From Polyangiales bacterium (GTDB lineage Bacteria; Myxococcota_A; Polyangia; Polyangiales; Polyangiaceae), in contig JBBRLQ010000005.1 of assembly GCA_038231275.1 (NCBI GenBank), positions 64,001 through 128,000 of the forward strand: a stretch of 64,000 bases of DNA. The letters run 5' to 3'. The notes beneath the pieces are model-generated. The model was not told the DNA's origin, made no database searches, and worked only from the letters and a program-made list of their open reading frames with translations. Position 1 is the first letter of the stretch. Every line of letters begins with the position of its first letter. Shown here piece by piece: positions 6,714 to 15,347 of this stretch. The position numbers and the translations under genes were made by a program.

Positions 6714-9554
6714 ATGGGGGAAGTGGAAGACGCGAAAAAGAGCAAGGAGAGCGACGACGCCGTCGTCGACACGATCGTGCGCGCCGTCGCAGCGAGCGAG
6801 TCGGGGTTCGACGACGCGGTGCTGGGCGCGCTGTTCCAAGCGCTGAGCGGCAGCATCGCGCTCGAACACTTCGTCGTGTCGCTCGAAGAGGAAGACGGCA
6901 AGAGCTTCCGCGTTTTCGCGAGGGCGGGCGGCCCGGAGGACATCGCGTTTCCCGTCGGCATCCGCGTCCCGTTCGACGGCGTCGCCGAGGGCTTCACCGA
7001 GCCGATCCGCACGCAGGAGCCGGTCGTCGTCGACGACGTGGGCTCGCGGGGCTCCCCCCTCGACACCGCGCTCTTCCAGGCCGGCGTGCGGAGCTACGTC
7101 ACGGTGCCGGTCCAAGGAAAGGTCGGCAACCGCATCTTCATCTCGCTCACGAGCGGTGACGCACGCACGCCGTGGCGGGACAAGGTCAGCCTCTTCGCGC
7201 GCGTCGCACGCGTGCTCGAGCCGGCGTTCGGCCGGATCCGCTCGTTCTTGCGCGCGAACGTGCTCGCCGCGCTCGTCGAGGCGTCGCCCGACGGGATGCT
7301 CGCGCTCGACGGGAGCTTCGTGGTGCGCGAATGCAACGCGGCGGCGCTGCGGCTCCTCCGAAAGAAGCGCGCGGACGTCGTGGCGAGGACGCTTCGCGAA
7401 GTGCTCGGAAGCGAGGGGGGCGCGCGCGTCCAAGAGGCCCTGGCGGTCGGCGCGTCGGGCTTCGCGGGCGGGCTCGCCATCGGCGCGGGAGAGACCGAGC
7501 TCGTCGTCGACGCGACGGTGGGCGCGGTGGTCGGCGAGACCGAGGCCGCGTACCACGTTCACCTGCGGGACGCGCGCGAGCGCCGCGCCGTGGAGGCCGC
7601 GATGTCGCGCCGCCTCGAGCACCTCACGTTCCTCCGAACGTTGGGCGAGTCGCTCGGGAGCGATCTGCGCGTCCACACCGCCGTCGAACGCGCGCTGGAC
7701 GTGTGCATCGCGCACAGGCCCATCCGCACCATCGCGGCCCTTCGCGCCGAGGAAGCCGGGACCCTTCGCCTCATGGCCAGCCGTGGCGCCGAGGCATCCC
7801 TCGTGACCCGCCTCGGCTGGGTCCGGCGCGATCAGCTCGAGGCGCTCCGCGTCGGCGCCTCGTGGTCTCTCATCCTCCCATTGTCTCACGCGCGCAGGAC
7901 GTGGGGCACCCTCTTCGTCGTCGGCCGGGGCGATGGGGAGATTCCCCCGCACGAGCGCGAGCTCTGGGAGTCGGTCGCCGCGACGGTCGCGTCGGCCGTT
8001 CACGCGGCGCAGGACTACGAGCACGTCGTCGAGCTCGAGGCGGAGAAGCGCGTCCTGGTCGACAGCCTCCCGGTCATCGTCGCGCGCGTAGAGCCGGCGC
8101 TCGCGTGGTCGACGTCGTTCGTGAACGGCGCCGCGGAGCGGATTCTCGGCGCATCGGCGGGAGAGCTCGCGGGCCTCCCTGGCCTCGACGGAATGTTGGA
8201 TCCCACCGATCGAGAGGCGGCGGCGAAGACGCGACGGCGCGCGGCGTGCGGGGAGAAGGTCGACTGGGCGGATCGCCACTACCGCCACAAGGACGGCCGC
8301 CCGCTCACGCTCCGCGAGTACGTCTACCCCGTGTACGACGCCGACGGGAGCGTACGCGCGGTGCAAATCATCGCGTACGACGTGACGACCGAGATCGAGT
8401 CGCGGCGTCGGCTCATCCAGACCGATCGCCTCGCATCGTTGGGCGCGCTCGCCGCCGGCATCGCCCACGAGATCAACAACCCCGTCGCCTTCATCGGGCT
8501 GGCCGCCGGGCAGCTCCCGCGCCAGACCGATCCCGAGCGCGTCGCCGAGCTCTCGCGCGAGATCGGCGACGCCGCGCACCGCATCGCGCACATCGTCGGG
8601 GAGCTCAAGCTCTTTACACGCATCCCCGACGGCGCCGCGGCGACGCCGGTTGACGTCAACCGCATGCTCGAGAACGCGGTGACGCTGACCTCGGCGGAGG
8701 TGCGCCGGCGCGCGCGACTCGACGTCGTGCTCGGCGATCTGCCGCTCGCGCCCGGGCGCTTCTCCAGCCTCGGGCAGGCGTTCGTGAACCTCCTGCTCAA
8801 CGGCGCGCAGGCGGTGGAGCTCTCGCCGCCGGGCGTCACGCGCGCGGTCACCGTGACGAGCTCCACGCGCGACGGCACCATCGTCGTGGAGTTCACCGAC
8901 AGCGGACCCAGCATCCCGCGCGAGCAGCTGTCGCGGATCTTCGATCCGTTCTTCGCGTCGGAGCGAATGGTCGCGGGGCTCGGCCTCTCCATCGCGTACG
9001 ACATCGTGCGTCGCGGAGGAGGCGAGCTGCGCGTCGACGCGACGGCAGCGGGCGGGACCAAATTCGAGGTCGTCCTGCCGATCGACGGCGCCGATCGCGA
9101 GGATGACGCCGAGGTCGCGCTCCCGCGCCGCATGACCTTCGAGAAGCCGTCGCCCATCCCGGCGGCCGGCGAGCGTCGTCGCGTGCTCATCATCGACGAC
9201 GAGCTCGCGCTGGCCAAGGCGCTCGCTCGGCAGCTCGCGGGGCGCTACGAGGTCGACACCGCCTCGACCGCCGCCGACGCGCTCGCGCAGCTGGCGGTGC
9301 ACGCCTACGACGCGGTCGTGTGCGATCTGCGGATGCCGGATCAGTCTGGCCCGTCCATCCACGCGGCGATCCACGCGCGCGCGAAGGCCCAGGCCGATCG
9401 CTTCATCTTCACGACCGGCGGCAGCTACGGCACCAGCGACGACGAGATCCACGAGCGCGCGACCCGCACCGGCCGCCCCGTGCTCGAGAAGCCGTTCGAC
9501 GGTCAGAGCTTCGAGGCGCTCGTCGCCGAAGTTGCCAGCGCCCCCGTCGGCTAG
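6714..9554 (+). CDS. Cytoplasmic hybrid histidine kinase (GAF/PAS-HisKA-HATPase-REC)
   Basis: H-box 'AAGIAHEINNP', N-box 'QAFVNLLLNGAQA', 'GLGLSI', receiver 'VLIIDDE...CDLRMP...KPF'; PAS 'VEASPDGMLALD'. Confidence 0.9.
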   Translation: MGEVEDAKKSKESDDAVVDTIVRAVAASESGFDDAVLGALFQALSGSIALEHFVVSLEEEDGKSFRVFARAGGPEDIAFPVGIRVPFDGVAEGFTEPIRTQEPVVVDDVGSRGSPLDTALFQAGVRSYVTVPVQGKVGNRIFISLTSGDARTPWRDKVSLFARVARVLEPAFGRIRSFLRANVLAALVEASPDGMLALDGSFVVRECNAAALRLLRKKRADVVARTLREVLGSEGGARVQEALAVGASGFAGGLAIGAGETELVVDATVGAVVGETEAAYHVHLRDARERRAVEAAMSRRLEHLTFLRTLGESLGSDLRVHTAVERALDVCIAHRPIRTIAALRAEEAGTLRLMASRGAEASLVTRLGWVRRDQLEALRVGASWSLILPLSHARRTWGTLFVVGRGDGEIPPHERELWESVAATVASAVHAAQDYEHVVELEAEKRVLVDSLPVIVARVEPALAWSTSFVNGAAERILGASAGELAGLPGLDGMLDPTDREAAAKTRRRAACGEKVDWADRHYRHKDGRPLTLREYVYPVYDADGSVRAVQIIAYDVTTEIESRRRLIQTDRLASLGALAAGIAHEINNPVAFIGLAAGQLPRQTDPERVAELSREIGDAAHRIAHIVGELKLFTRIPDGAAATPVDVNRMLENAVTLTSAEVRRRARLDVVLGDLPLAPGRFSSLGQAFVNLLLNGAQAVELSPPGVTRAVTVTSSTRDGTIVVEFTDSGPSIPREQLSRIFDPFFASERMVAGLGLSIAYDIVRRGGGELRVDATAAGGTKFEVVLPIDGADREDDAEVALPRRMTFEKPSPIPAAGERRRVLIIDDELALAKALARQLAGRYEVDTASTAADALAQLAVHAYDAVVCDLRMPDQSGPSIHAAIHARAKAQADRFIFTTGGSYGTSDDEIHERATRTGRPVLEKPFDGQSFEALVAEVASAPVG

Positions 9555-9618
9555 ACGGCCGACCTCGACGGCTCAGCTCACCCTCGACCCCAACAGTGCC
9601 GGCCGGCCACGAAAGATA

Positions 9619-9657
9619 CGAACACAGGCTTGACAAAAGTTAGACAAAAGCTATTCA
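9619..9657 (+). promoter_or_regulatory. sigma70 promoter overlapped by 11-bp-phased TnnACA direct repeats (CarA/CarH/LitR-type operator)
   Basis: CGAACA (9619), TTGACA (9630, also the -35), TAGACA (9641) and TATTCA (9652) are exactly 11 bp apart. AT-rich island directly before the lipid operon. Confidence 0.7.
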
Positions 9658-9664
9658 TTGATGA

Positions 9665-10969
9665 GTGAGTATGTACACAGCCAACGAAAATGCCGATCGG
9701 AGCCACGCGCCCCCGCATGGGAAGGGCTCGTCGTTGAAGATCGCCGTCGTCGGCACCGGAATCGCGGGAAACGTCGCCGCTCATCTGCTGGCGGACGACC
9801 ACGACCTGACGATTTTCGAGAAGAACGACTACGTCGGCGGCCACACCAACACCGTCCGCGTCGATGCAGAAGACGGCACGCACGCCATCGACACGGGCTT
9901 CATCGTCTTCAACGAGGAGCGCTACCCGAGCTTCGTGAAGCTCCTCGCGCGGATCGGCGCCGCCTCGCAGCCGACGGGCATGAGCTTCAGCGTACGCAGG
10001 GACGACGACGGCCTGGAGTACTCGAACCGCGCGCTCTTCGCGCAGAGACGAAACGCCGTGTCGCCGCGCTTCCTTCGGATGGTCGCGGACATCGTTCGCT
10101 TCAACGCGAGCTCGCGCGAGCTCCTCCTCGCCGCCGACGACCGCGTCCTCCTCGGGCCCTATCTCGAGGAGCATCGCTACTCGGAAGCGTTCATCGAGAG
10201 CTTTCTCTACCCGATGGGAGCGGCCATCTGGTCGTCAGACCCGCTCCAGATGCGGGAGTTCCCGGCGCGCTTTTTCGCCCAATTCTTCACGAACCACCGC
10301 TTCCTCGACATCTTCGGACAGCCGGAGTGGCGGGTCGTCCGTGGCGGCTCGAGCGCGTACGTCGACAAACTCATGGCAGGCGTCCGGGATCGGATTCGCC
10401 TCTCGACCCCGGTGACGTCGATCCGCCGCGAAGGCGATCACGTCCTCGTCACGCCGCGCGGTGGTGAGCCGGAGCGCTTCGACGAGGTCGTGATCGCCGC
10501 GCACGCCGACGAGGCGCTCGCGATGTTGGAGGATCCGACCGCTCTCGAGCGCGAAATCCTCGGGAGCTTCCGGTTTCAGGAGAACGTCGCGGTGCTCCAC
10601 ACCGACACGAAGCTGATGCCTCGACGCCGTCCCGCGTGGGCGTGCTGGAACGCGAACGTCCCGCGGCAGAAGACCGGCGCCGTCTCCGTCACCTACGACA
10701 TGAACCTCCTCCAGGGGCTCCGGACGAAGGCCGAGTACCTCGTGACGCTCAACCGCACCGAGCAGATCGACCCGCGCGCCGTCCTCCGCGAGATCCGGTA
10801 TCACCACCCGGTCTTCTCGGCCGCCGCGGTCGTCGCGCAGCGGAGGCACAGCGAGATCAGCGGACAGCGCCGTACGCACTTCTGCGGCGCCTACTGGGGC
10901 TTTGGGTTCCATGAGGACGGGGTAAACAGCGGCCTCGCGGTCGCACGCCACTTCGGAAAGGACCTCTAG
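9665..10969 (+). CDS. FAD-dependent oxidoreductase, amine-oxidase-like (UfaD-type fatty acyl desaturase)
   Basis: GxGxxG 'VVGTGIAG', 'GGHTNT', 'DTGFIVFN', 'YHHPVF', 'CGAYWGFGFHEDG'. Exact start uncertain (9665 or 9671). Confidence 0.88.
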   Translation: MSMYTANENADRSHAPPHGKGSSLKIAVVGTGIAGNVAAHLLADDHDLTIFEKNDYVGGHTNTVRVDAEDGTHAIDTGFIVFNEERYPSFVKLLARIGAASQPTGMSFSVRRDDDGLEYSNRALFAQRRNAVSPRFLRMVADIVRFNASSRELLLAADDRVLLGPYLEEHRYSEAFIESFLYPMGAAIWSSDPLQMREFPARFFAQFFTNHRFLDIFGQPEWRVVRGGSSAYVDKLMAGVRDRIRLSTPVTSIRREGDHVLVTPRGGEPERFDEVVIAAHADEALAMLEDPTALEREILGSFRFQENVAVLHTDTKLMPRRRPAWACWNANVPRQKTGAVSVTYDMNLLQGLRTKAEYLVTLNRTEQIDPRAVLREIRYHHPVFSAAAVVAQRRHSEISGQRRTHFCGAYWGFGFHEDGVNSGLAVARHFGKDL

Positions 10970-10971
10970 CG

Positions 10972-11751
10972 ATGGAGAGCGCCATCTTCCTCGGCCGCGT
11001 GCGTCACGCCCGCTTCATCGCGCCGCGCCGCGCATTCACCTACTCGATGTTCATGGTGTACCTGGACCTCGCGGAGCTCGACGACGTGTTCGCGCGGCGC
11101 TGGTTCTGGAGCACGAGCACGCCGAACGTCGCCTGGTTTCGCCGCCAGGATCACTACGGGGATCCCGATGTGCCGCTCGACGTGGCGATCCGCGATCTCG
11201 TGGCCGAGCGCACCGGTGCGCGTCCCGACGGGCCGATCCGCCTCCTCACGCACCTGCGCTACTTCGGGCATTGCTTCAACCCGGTGTCCTTCTACTACTG
11301 CTTCGCGAAGGACGGCCGGACGCTCCAGACGGTCGTCGCGGAGGTGAGCAACACACCGTGGGAGGAGCGGCACATGTACGTGCTGCCCGAGGCGGAGAAC
11401 CGCGGTACCGGAGGCGCCAAGCGCTACGACTTCGCCAAGGCGTTTCACGTCTCGCCATTTCTCGGGATGGACATGGAGTACGGCTGGCGGTTCGGGCTGC
11501 CACCGGCGAGTGGCCGCGGCCCGCTCTGGGTCCACATGAAGAACGGGCGCGGCGCGTCGCGCGTCTTCGAGGCGACGCTCACGCTCTCGCGCCGCCCCAT
11601 GACGGGACCGTGGCTCGCGCGCGTCCTCCTCCTGCACCCGATGATGACGCTCACGGTCGTCGTCGCGATCTACTGGCAAGCGCTCGTCCTGTGGGCGCGG
11701 CGAGCCCCGTTTCATCCGCATCCACGCACTCTGACCCCGAGGCAGCCATGA
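10972..11751 (+). CDS. DUF1365 family protein (UfaO-like)
   Basis: 'VRHARF', 'RYFGHCFNPVSFYYC', 'EVSNTPWEERH', 'KAFHVSPF', 'IYWQAL'. Confidence 0.9.
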   Translation: MESAIFLGRVRHARFIAPRRAFTYSMFMVYLDLAELDDVFARRWFWSTSTPNVAWFRRQDHYGDPDVPLDVAIRDLVAERTGARPDGPIRLLTHLRYFGHCFNPVSFYYCFAKDGRTLQTVVAEVSNTPWEERHMYVLPEAENRGTGGAKRYDFAKAFHVSPFLGMDMEYGWRFGLPPASGRGPLWVHMKNGRGASRVFEATLTLSRRPMTGPWLARVLLLHPMMTLTVVVAIYWQALVLWARRAPFHPHPRTLTPRQP

Positions 11752-13043
11752 GAGAATCATCACGCGCGCTCGTCGCCGACTCCGGACACTTCTACGCGGG
11801 CGCGGCCGGCGCGGCGTCCCTGTCTCTCCTCGACGGAGTGAGCCGTCGCCGCGTCCTCTCGCTCTTCGGCGAGATCGCGCGGGGCTCGCTCACCGTCGTG
11901 GACGGCGGAGAGCGTCTCGTCTTCGGCGAGCCTGGCCCGCTCGCGGCGACGATCACCGTGCACGATCCGGCAGCCTACCGCGCGCTCCTCTTTCACGGGA
12001 GTGTCGGCGCCGGGGAGGGGTACATGAAGGGCCTCTGGTCGTGCGACGATCTCGCCGCTCTCGCGCGGATCTTCGCCCGCAACCTGGACGCGCTCGGTGC
12101 GATGGAGGGTGGGGCCACGCGGCTCTCGCGCCTCGCGGGCGAGGTCCTCACGATGGTGACGCGTCGCAACACGCGGGCCGGCAGCCGGCGCAACATCGCG
12201 CATCACTACGATCTCTCGAACGAGCTGTTCGCGCTCTTCCTCGATCCGCAGATGATGTATTCGAGCGCGATCTTCGAGTCGAAGACCTCGACGCTCGAAG
12301 AGGCGCAGCTCGCGAAGCTCGATCGGATTTGCCAGAGGCTGGAGCTCGCGCCGACGGACCACGTCCTCGAGATCGGCACCGGCTGGGGCGCCTTCGCCAT
12401 CCACGCCGCGCGCGAATACGGCTGCCGCGTGACGACGACGACCGTCTCGGCGGAGCAGCACCGCTTGGCGATCGAACGCGTCCGAGCCGCGGGGCTCGAA
12501 GACCGGATCGAGGTGCTTCTTCGCGACTACCGCGACCTCGACGGGAAGTACGACAAGCTCGTCTCCATCGAGATGATCGAGGCCGTCGGGCACGAGTTCT
12601 TGCCGGAGTACTTTCGCGCGTGCAGCGAGCGGCTCGCGGCCGACGGGCGCATGCTCCTCCAGGCCATCACGATCGCGGATCAGAACCACGCGCGCCATCG
12701 CGCCAGCGTCGACTTCATCAAGCAGTACATCTTCCCGGGCAGCTGCATCCCGTCGGTGACCACGATGGTCGACGCGGCGACGGTCGCGTCCGATCTCCGT
12801 CTCGTCGGACTCGAGGACATCACGCCGCACTACGCGCAGACCCTCCGCGCCTGGCGCGCGCGCTTCCACGAGAACGCCGATCAGGTGCGGCGACTCGGCT
12901 TCGACGAGGCGTTCATGCGAATGTGGGACTACTACTTGGCCTACTGCGAAGGTGGGTTCGAGGAGCGGTACCTCGGGTGCGTCCACATGCTCTTCGACAA
13001 ACCGCGGGCGCGCGGCCAGTCGATCCTTCCCCGGCTCCGATGA
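11748..13043 (+). CDS. cfa: Cyclopropane-fatty-acyl-phospholipid synthase family methyltransferase (Cfa/UfaM-like)
   Basis: 'NIAHHYDLSN', 'VLEIGTGWG', 'SIEMIEAVG', 'FIKQYIFPG', 'RMWDYYLAYCEGGF'; ATGA overlap with the upstream gene. Confidence 0.92.
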   Translation: MRESSRALVADSGHFYAGAAGAASLSLLDGVSRRRVLSLFGEIARGSLTVVDGGERLVFGEPGPLAATITVHDPAAYRALLFHGSVGAGEGYMKGLWSCDDLAALARIFARNLDALGAMEGGATRLSRLAGEVLTMVTRRNTRAGSRRNIAHHYDLSNELFALFLDPQMMYSSAIFESKTSTLEEAQLAKLDRICQRLELAPTDHVLEIGTGWGAFAIHAAREYGCRVTTTTVSAEQHRLAIERVRAAGLEDRIEVLLRDYRDLDGKYDKLVSIEMIEAVGHEFLPEYFRACSERLAADGRMLLQAITIADQNHARHRASVDFIKQYIFPGSCIPSVTTMVDAATVASDLRLVGLEDITPHYAQTLRAWRARFHENADQVRRLGFDEAFMRMWDYYLAYCEGGFEERYLGCVHMLFDKPRARGQSILPRLR

Positions 13044-14035
13044 CCGCGATGTCCGCCCTCGTGCGCGCCCTTCGTAGCGTGACCGATTGGGTGCTCCCGT
13101 TTTCGTTCAACCGGATGGGGTTCGAGCTCAATCGACTCGGCTTCGACGCGGCCGAGGTCCCCGAGGACGGCGAGGGGCGCGTCGCGCTCGTGACCGGCGC
13201 GAACTCGGGGATCGGGCTCGCCACCGCGCGCGCTCTCGCGAAGCGCCGGTTCGACGTCTGGATGCTCTGCCGCGACCGGGCGAGGGGGGAGGACGCGCGA
13301 AAAACGCTCGCGCGCGAGCACGGGGAGGATCGCGTGCACCTCGCCGTCGTCGACATGTCGAGCCTCGACTCGATCCGGAGCGTCGCGAAGGAGCTGCCGC
13401 TGGATCGCGTCGATGTGCTCGTCCACAACGCCGGCGTCCTCCCGCACGAGAAGACGCTCACGGCCGACGGTGTGGAGCTCACGTTCGCGACCAACGTCCT
13501 CGGCCCCTACGCGCTCACCGGGCTGCTTCTCGACCGCCTCGCGCGATCGCAGGACGCGCGCGTCGTCTTCGTCGCCTCCGGAGGTCTCTACGCGCAGCGC
13601 CTCGATCTCTCTCTTCCCGACGTCGCCCCGGCGTCCTTCGACGGCGTACGCGCGTACGCCAACGCGAAGCGGGCGCAGGTCGTCCTCGCGCACGTGCTCG
13701 CGGACAGACTCGCGGGGCGCGCGCCGATCACGTTCGCGAGCATGCACCCCGGCTGGGCCGACACGGCGGCGGTGCGGACGTCGCTTCCCCGCTTTCATCA
13801 GACGATGCGGAGCGTCCTTCGCGACGCCGAGCAGGGTGCCGACACCGTCGTATGGCTCGCGACGAGCCCGCGCCCTCGAGGGACCCGCGGCAATTTCTGG
13901 TTCGACCGACGGGTGGTCGCCGAGTACCCGCTCCCGTGGACGCGTGAGCGCCGCGCCGCGCGCGAGGAGCTCGTCGCGACGTGCGCGCGGCTGAGCGGGG
14001 TCAGCGTCGACCTCTCCAACGGAAAGGCGGCATGA
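13040..14035 (+). CDS. Short-chain dehydrogenase/reductase (DHRS12-like)
   Basis: 'TGANSGIG', 'VHNAG', YxxxK 'YANAKR', 'MHPGWADT'; ATGA overlap. Confidence 0.88.
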   Translation: MTAMSALVRALRSVTDWVLPFSFNRMGFELNRLGFDAAEVPEDGEGRVALVTGANSGIGLATARALAKRRFDVWMLCRDRARGEDARKTLAREHGEDRVHLAVVDMSSLDSIRSVAKELPLDRVDVLVHNAGVLPHEKTLTADGVELTFATNVLGPYALTGLLLDRLARSQDARVVFVASGGLYAQRLDLSLPDVAPASFDGVRAYANAKRAQVVLAHVLADRLAGRAPITFASMHPGWADTAAVRTSLPRFHQTMRSVLRDAEQGADTVVWLATSPRPRGTRGNFWFDRRVVAEYPLPWTRERRAAREELVATCARLSGVSVDLSNGKAA

Positions 14036-14388
14036 CGGTGCGCACGGCCATCGTCCTCGCCGGGGGCTTCGCGGGGGCGATGGCCGTCCTGATCGGCCAC
14101 GCGCTGGTGACAGGAGCATTCTGGCAAGAAGGCAGCCTCCTCCTTTCGCTCGCATGGGGGAGGGTGACGCTCGCCGATCTGTACGTGGGCTTCGGCTTGT
14201 TCTCCGGCTGGGTGCTCTTCCGCGAGCGTCACGTGGGACGCGCGCTCGTGTTCGTGGTGCTCACGCTGTCGCTCGGAAACTTGTTCACGTGCATCTACGT
14301 TCTGATCGCGCTCCTCGGGAGTCGCGGAGATTGGGCGAAATTTTGGCTGGGTCACCGATCGGAGCGAGGAACAGGAGAGGCGCCATGA
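14032..14388 (+). CDS. Small membrane protein (DUF1475-like)
   Basis: 'WGRVTLADLYVGF..FSGWVLFRE', 'LGNLFTCIY'; translationally coupled. Confidence 0.7.
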   Translation: MTVRTAIVLAGGFAGAMAVLIGHALVTGAFWQEGSLLLSLAWGRVTLADLYVGFGLFSGWVLFRERHVGRALVFVVLTLSLGNLFTCIYVLIALLGSRGDWAKFWLGHRSERGTGEAP

Positions 14389-14822
14389 CCGTCGACGAAG
14401 ACCAGGCTCTCGCGGAGACGCTCCGCGACATCTACGTGTCGTTCGAGCGCGAGGGGGAAGGCGCGATCGCGAGGCTCGCCAGGATCTACGACAGGGACGT
14501 CGTCTTCGATGATCCGCTCCAGACCCTGCGCGGGCGTGAGGCCTTTCTCGCGATGAATCGGCGCATCCTCCGGAGGGCGCGCCGTCTCTCGTTCGACGTC
14601 TCGGACGTCGCGTCGGGAGGTGGAGCGATTTTCCTCGCCTGGAAGATGCTCTACCAGCCGCGCGTCGGGCCGACGCTGACCTTCGTCGGGGCCACACGCG
14701 CCCGAACTCGGGCGGGGCTCATCGTCGAGCAGAGGGACTACTGGGACTTGCTGTCGAGCGTCGCGCAGAGCCTCCCGCTCGTCGGACGGATCTACGCGTC
14801 GCTGACGCCGCACCTGGGATGA
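14385..14822 (+). CDS. SnoaL/NTF2-like protein
   Basis: 'YDRDVVFDDPL', 'IVEQRDYWD'. Confidence 0.82.
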   Translation: MTVDEDQALAETLRDIYVSFEREGEGAIARLARIYDRDVVFDDPLQTLRGREAFLAMNRRILRRARRLSFDVSDVASGGGAIFLAWKMLYQPRVGPTLTFVGATRARTRAGLIVEQRDYWDLLSSVAQSLPLVGRIYASLTPHLG

Positions 14823-15331
14823 GCGTGCGCGCGATCCTTCTGTTCCTCTGGTCCCAGGTCGGGTGGTTCGCCTGCGTGCTCGGGGCGGCGCGCGGTCACG
14901 TGTGGCTCGGGCCTGTCGTCGTCGCGGTCTCGCTCGCGGTGCACGTCGGGCGACGACGAGAACGACTTCGTGAGGGCGCGGTCCTCGCCGTCTCCGCGCT
15001 CGTGGGGTTCCTGGTCGACACGGCGCTCCTCCGCGCCGGCGTCGTTCGGATCTCGGGGGCGGCGTTCCCTCCGCTTTGGCTCGTGGCGCTCTGGCCGAAC
15101 TTCATCTCGACGACGGCCGAGGATGGGATCCTCCGCTCTCTTCCGAGGCGTCCGCTGCTCGCGGCGATCCTCGGCGCGATCGGCGGTCCGCTCGCCTACG
15201 ACGCAGGAGCCCGTTTGGGCGCGATCGCCTTGGGCCCAAATCGTCTCGTTTCGCTCGCCGTCGTCGGGCTCGTATGGGCAGCCGCAGTGCCCGCCCTCGT
15301 CACGGTACGCGCGCGTCTCGTGCCTCCGTGA
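14819..15331 (+). CDS. DUF2878-like membrane protein
   Basis: 'QVGWFACVLG', 'PLWLVALW', 'GAIGGPLAY..GARLGA'. Confidence 0.8.
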   Translation: MSVRAILLFLWSQVGWFACVLGAARGHVWLGPVVVAVSLAVHVGRRRERLREGAVLAVSALVGFLVDTALLRAGVVRISGAAFPPLWLVALWPNFISTTAEDGILRSLPRRPLLAAILGAIGGPLAYDAGARLGAIALGPNRLVSLAVVGLVWAAAVPALVTVRARLVPP

Positions 15332-15347
15332 TCGCCGAGGTCCGCCG

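Noticed and set aside
6102-9452. Very long antisense or alternate-frame ORFs (e.g. 6102-9452 -, 23853-27035 +, 16305-18452 +)
   Set aside because: Shadow ORFs expected at this GC content; Arg/Ala-rich, motif-free and overlapping well-supported genes.
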